From the NCBI GenBank assembly GCA_041891055.1, contig CP169074.1:448001-512000 (forward strand): a DNA stretch of 64,000 bases, read 5' to 3'. This DNA comes from Halorutilales archaeon Cl-col2-1 (GTDB lineage Archaea; Halobacteriota; Halobacteria; Halobacteriales; Afararchaeaceae). The position numbers and the translations under genes were made by a program. The stretch's first letter is position 1; every line of letters begins with the position of its first letter. The notes beneath the pieces are model-generated. The model saw nothing but the letters and a program-made list of their open reading frames with translations, was not told the origin of the DNA and made no database searches. Shown piece by piece: positions 59,863 to 64,000 of this stretch.

Positions 59863-61104
59863 TCACGTCGATGTAGCCTCGGACTCTGTCTCTTCTGACA
59901 CGGGTGTCTCCCAGACTAGGATCGCTCCTGACCCGAGTATCAGGACGACACCGCCCACGAAGAGTGCGAAGAGAGGCGAGACGTAGTCCGAAATCACTCC
60001 GCTTCCGAGCTGGAACGGGACGACTGCGAGACCGCTGACCATTGCCATCCCGCTCAGAACCGTGGCTCTTCCTAAGGTGGCTATCCTGTCGTTCACGTAC
60101 TGTCCCGCGAACGACTTAGTAACGTCCGAGAGTCCTCTTACGAACAGAAACGTCAGAAGCGAAAGCACAGGGAAGAAGTACATTCCCACGAGTGCGGCTC
60201 CGACACCGAACGGCAGGTAGAGGAACCAAGCTCGGACGCCGATGTACTCCTTTATCGCCCCCGCGTAGTAACTGATCACAGCCCCCAGGAGACTGTAAGC
60301 CGCGTAGAACCATCCGAGGAGTGACTCGACCTGGCTCGCGGCGACACCCAGATCTACGACGACCGTCTCGAATATGGGCTGGAGAAAAACGAATATCAGG
60401 TAGGTGACCGCGGAGTAGAGGACATAGTAGTAGACGACGAACGCCCTGAGGTTCTTCTGTGAAACAGCGTCTCTGACGATCCGCGCGGTTCTGCGGAGAC
60501 TCAGGCTCTCTGTGTCAGCGGCTTCGTAGGTCTCGGGCTCGTCGACTGTCACGAGGACTAAGGCTCCCAAGAAGGTGACAGCCGCTCCTACGAACCACGG
60601 GTACGAGAGGTCGATGCCTCCGAGGTAGCCGCCCACGACAGCCGCGACGGCTCCCGTTCCGAGAGAGACTGCCTCTCCTCTACCGCGTACGTGGGCGAAT
60701 CTCTCCGATCCCAGGTCGTCGATCAGAGTGTCGTAGAGCCAGGCGTCCTCACTCCCCGACCGGAAGTTATACCCCGTAGACCAGAAGACATAGAGGAGTA
60801 CGACGGTGGCGAAAGACTCCGAGAGACCGATCCCTACGAGTGTCACCGAGATGAGGAGGGTTCCGATCAGAAGACTGTTGCGTCGTCCGACCCGGTCGCC
60901 CACGTATCCCGTCGGAATTTCGCCCACTACCGTCGTTATGTTATAGACGGCTTCGAGGATTGCTATCTGTGTGAAACTAAAACCATTCGAGAGGAAGAAG
61001 AGGTACATGATAGGACGGTAGAACTCGTCGGCTCGCGTCGACTTGTAGAGGTAGTACTTGAGTATACTGCCTAACTCGGAGTGTTTACTGCCTGGGACGT
61101 CCAT
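59863..61104 (-). CDS. MFS transporter
   Basis: EIPTGYVGDRVGRR, SGSEDAWLYD. Confidence 0.9.
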   Translation of the reverse strand: MDVPGSKHSELGSILKYYLYKSTRADEFYRPIMYLFFLSNGFSFTQIAILEAVYNITTVVGEIPTGYVGDRVGRRNSLLIGTLLISVTLVGIGLSESFATVVLLYVFWSTGYNFRSGSEDAWLYDTLIDDLGSERFAHVRGRGEAVSLGTGAVAAVVGGYLGGIDLSYPWFVGAAVTFLGALVLVTVDEPETYEAADTESLSLRRTARIVRDAVSQKNLRAFVVYYYVLYSAVTYLIFVFLQPIFETVVVDLGVAASQVESLLGWFYAAYSLLGAVISYYAGAIKEYIGVRAWFLYLPFGVGAALVGMYFFPVLSLLTFLFVRGLSDVTKSFAGQYVNDRIATLGRATVLSGMAMVSGLAVVPFQLGSGVISDYVSPLFALFVGGVVLILGSGAILVWETPVSEETESEATST

Positions 61105-61153
61105 CGAACATATCCAGCTTCGACAGGACAGACCAACTTTCTTCCGGTTCTAG

Positions 61154-61606
61154 TCAGTCAAAGTTCTCGTAGCCGAGGTACTCGTCAGGACTGTCCCAGC
61201 CTTCTCTGTCTTCGAGACTGTGTGCTTCCTTGAGTATCTCGTTCTGGCTGTAGACTATGTCCATGAGAGTGACTACTCCTTCGAGTTTGAGACTGTCCAT
61301 CACGACGAGCTTCTTCACCGAGTTGGACTTCATCTTCTCACTAGCAGTTCTCACCGAAACGTCGGGCTCGACGGTGACGAGAGGTGAGCTCATGACATCC
61401 GAGAGAACCACGTCGGTGAAAGGCTTCTGTGTCTCGTAGGTGTGTTTTAACACGTCGCTCTCGGTCATTATCCCCGTCGGATCACCGCTCTGTGTAACTA
61501 CTACGCTTCCGACACGGTTCTCCAGCATCTTACCAACCCCCTCCTGAACCGTATCGTCGACCTCGGCTTTCACTACGTCTTTCGACATTATCTCCTCTAC
61601 AAGCAT
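61154..61606 (-). CDS. CBS-domain pair protein
   Basis: Two CBS repeats (VEEIMS..GIMTESD; DVMSSP..GVVT..D). Confidence 0.92.
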   Translation of the reverse strand: MLVEEIMSKDVVKAEVDDTVQEGVGKMLENRVGSVVVTQSGDPTGIMTESDVLKHTYETQKPFTDVVLSDVMSSPLVTVEPDVSVRTASEKMKSNSVKKLVVMDSLKLEGVVTLMDIVYSQNEILKEAHSLEDREGWDSPDEYLGYENFD

Positions 61607-61690
61607 GGCTTCCCGTACCGTATACGTGAAAATATATCTGTGGGTGGTGTCAGTCGAAATGTCTTATCGGGAGTTAAAGTAAACGAAGTA

Positions 61691-61773
61691 CGCCGAGGGA
61701 GGGATTTGAACCCCCGTGGCTTGAAGCCACACGCTTTCCAGGCGTGCGCCCTGCCAGACTAGGCGACCTCGGC
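61691..61773 (-). tRNA. tRNA-Ser(GGA)
   Basis: GCCGAGG acceptor stem; CACGC-CTGGAAA-GCGTG anticodon arm; long variable arm GTGGC-TTCAA-GCCAC. Confidence 0.96.
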
Positions 61774-61856
61774 TCATCCAGTCGTATGGGGTTCGGGATT
61801 TAAAAGCTTCCGTTAGAACGCCGAAGTTATTAGTCCTCACGACCTCGTAATACTCA

Positions 61857-62780
61857 ATGAACGACCTTCCTACGTCGGTTGCTCTCGAAACTATACCCGT
61901 GTCACAGGGTGTCAGAAAGGGGGCGACCGTCGAACTCGACAGGGACTACTTCGAGGGACAGAGAGGAGCGATAGGTAGGACTTACGACGAGAAGGCGGCG
62001 AACCTCTCCGACAGGCTTCAGGGTCTCCGTGAGTCGTACGACACCGTCGTCAACGTCAAGGTCAAAATAGGCGGAATCGATACTGAGACTCTCACAGAGG
62101 CGTCTGAGGAGCTACGCCAGAAGTTCGAGGAGACTTACGAGGCGGAGTTCCTCGACGACAACACGCCCGACGACGTGGAGGTCTTCGTCGTTCCCGAGTG
62201 GGTTCGTAGACGCGGGGGTCTGAGCTACACAGCGAGAGCCTACTTCCTCGGTGAAGACGTCGACGTGAGCCCCGACGGTATCATACAGAAAAACGTCGAG
62301 TCGGTCGTCTCGGAGGAAAACGACGGCGACGGCTTCGACTTCGAGGAGTACAGGAAGTCAGTCCTCGGATACCCCGACTGTCCCGACGACGAAGACGCCG
62401 ACAGTCAGAATGTCACAGAAATAGACGGATTCGATGTCAGGGAGGACGAGATAGGAGACAACGTCGACGACATAGTCCCGTACATATTCGACAGTGACTA
62501 CGCATACATGTACTTCTCGTCGGGATTCTCTACGACAGAGACGTGTGATGACGCAAAGGAGATCGGAAGAGAAGTCTACCGGTGTCTCAGGGAGGAGGTC
62601 AAGGAGGGACTCGTGAGGGACTTCTTCAGGATGAACTACCTCCGATCTTGGTTAGACGTGCAGGAACACCGACGAGGAAAGATCCAGAGTCAAAGCCGCG
62701 GAGGTAACGCGATAGCGAGAGAGGAAGAGTATCTCTATCTCCCTCTCGGAGAGCTAATCGAAGGTACGAGCTATGTCTGA
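61857..62780 (+). CDS. Hypothetical protein with LGYPDC motif (DUF483-like?)
   Basis: Acidic 307-aa ORF; overlaps the tgtA start by 8 nt. Confidence 0.7.
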   Translation: MNDLPTSVALETIPVSQGVRKGATVELDRDYFEGQRGAIGRTYDEKAANLSDRLQGLRESYDTVVNVKVKIGGIDTETLTEASEELRQKFEETYEAEFLDDNTPDDVEVFVVPEWVRRRGGLSYTARAYFLGEDVDVSPDGIIQKNVESVVSEENDGDGFDFEEYRKSVLGYPDCPDDEDADSQNVTEIDGFDVREDEIGDNVDDIVPYIFDSDYAYMYFSSGFSTTETCDDAKEIGREVYRCLREEVKEGLVRDFFRMNYLRSWLDVQEHRRGKIQSQSRGGNAIAREEEYLYLPLGELIEGTSYV

Positions 62781-64000
62781 GGATTTCGGTTTCGAGATCG
62801 AGTCGAAGGCAGCGATGGGACGTATAGGGAGTCTCGAAGTCGGCGACAAGACTGTACAGACTCCCGCACTTATGCCTGTCATAAACCCTCATCTTACGCG
62901 TCCCGACATCTCTGAGGCACAGATACTCATTACGAACGCCTACATCATAAACAAGAGCGACGACTACCGCGAGAAGGCAGTCGAAGACGGTCTCCACGAC
63001 ACTCTCGACTTCGACGGCGTCGTCGTGACTGATTCGGGTTCGTACCAGATGAGTGTCTACGGCGAGGAAGAAGTCACCCTCTCGAACCGCGAGACTGTCG
63101 AGTTCCAAGTCAATATCGGAACCGACATAGCTACTCCACTCGACATTCCCACACCACCCGACTCGTCGCACGAGACCGCCGGGGACGACTGGGAGACCAC
63201 CCTCAGTAGGATAAAAGAGGCGAGGGAGATTCTCTCAGAACTCGATGCCAAGGCAGGTCTCAACGTCCCCGTGCAGGGATCGACACACCCCGACCTGCGT
63301 GAGAGAGCCGGGAGGGAGGCTTCGGGTCTTGGCGACATCTACCCCGTGGGTGCGGTCGTCCCTCTGATGCAGGAGTACAGGTTCAGCGACCTCGTCGACG
63401 TCGTAGCCGCAGCGAAGAGGGGACTCGACTCCGACGCCCCCGTACATCTCTTCGGAGCGGGACATCCGATGGTCTTCAGCCTCGCAGTCGCAGTCGGCTG
63501 TGATCTCTTCGACTCGGCGGCTTACGCTCTCTACGCCGAGGACGGACGTTACATCACTCCCGAAGGAACCGAGTACGTCGACGACCTCAGGGAGCTACCG
63601 TGTTCTTGTGAGGTCTGTGTCTCACACGACGTCGATGACCTCCGTGACTCTCTCAGTCTCCTCGCACAGCACAACCTCAACGTCTCGTTCGCCGAGATGA
63701 GACGTGTGAGACAGGCGGTCAGAGAGGGTAACCTCATAGAGCTCGTCGAACAGAGATGCCGCTCCCATCCGAAGCTCTTAGACGGTCTGAGGAGCTTTGG
63801 AGACCACGCCGATCAGATAGAGAAGTACGATCCGTCCTCGAAGTCGACAGTCTTCAGTCTCGGGCTTGGACGGCGTCCCGAGGTCGTGAGACACCACAGA
63901 CGTCTCGATAGGATAGATGTCGACGACGGCGACCGGATTCTCGTGGTTCCCGCGACTGACTACCTCGAAGACGGCTGGGAGGACGAACTCGATATCTACA
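62773..64000 (+). CDS. tgtA: Archaeosine tRNA-guanine(15) transglycosylase (runs off the window; absent from the ORF track)
   Basis: Manual translation: MSEDFGFEI...TPALMPVINP, ITNAY, TDSGSYQ, VQGST, HLFGAGHP, DLFDSAAY, HNL. Confidence 0.95.
   Translation, partial: MSEDFGFEIESKAAMGRIGSLEVGDKTVQTPALMPVINPHLTRPDISEAQILITNAYIINKSDDYREKAVEDGLHDTLDFDGVVVTDSGSYQMSVYGEEEVTLSNRETVEFQVNIGTDIATPLDIPTPPDSSHETAGDDWETTLSRIKEAREILSELDAKAGLNVPVQGSTHPDLRERAGREASGLGDIYPVGAVVPLMQEYRFSDLVDVVAAAKRGLDSDAPVHLFGAGHPMVFSLAVAVGCDLFDSAAYALYAEDGRYITPEGTEYVDDLRELPCSCEVCVSHDVDDLRDSLSLLAQHNLNVSFAEMRRVRQAVREGNLIELVEQRCRSHPKLLDGLRSFGDHADQIEKYDPSSKSTVFSLGLGRRPEVVRHHRRLDRIDVDDGDRILVVPATDYLEDGWEDELDIY

Overview
Ordinary-looking chromosomal segment of a halophilic archaeon (class Halobacteria, inferred from acidic proteins, PGF-CTERM and Tat lipoprotein signals, aIF-2beta, Rio1/KH, HemAT and tgtA). 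It holds about 70 CDS, including pabB/A/C, pyrB/I, cbiMNQO, hflX, serB, four orphan sensor kinases and a Ca2+/metal transport cluster. There are two tRNAs (Asn-GTT, Ser-GGA) and one TnpB-only IS200/IS605 (IS1341-type) element at about 16487-18061. The most unusual signal is inside that element: three unrelated-in-sequence but architecturally matching 43-49 bp twin-hairpin inserts (TC-hairpin-TRRC-hairpin-A), each flanked by a duplicated YR dinucleotide. Removing them restores the TnpB C-terminus, the RRKITQ motif and the left-end hairpin, which suggests a structure-defined micro-mobile element parasitising the TnpB transposon. Other leads are an IS insertion that splits the probable tspO TATA box, a structured sRNA candidate between convergent genes, an orphan ORB-like/G-string locus, a HemAT with a large globin insertion, unannotated Zn/Cys micro-proteins and a small SH3-like domain present in two copies. 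All calls come from reading the sequence; no searches were run.
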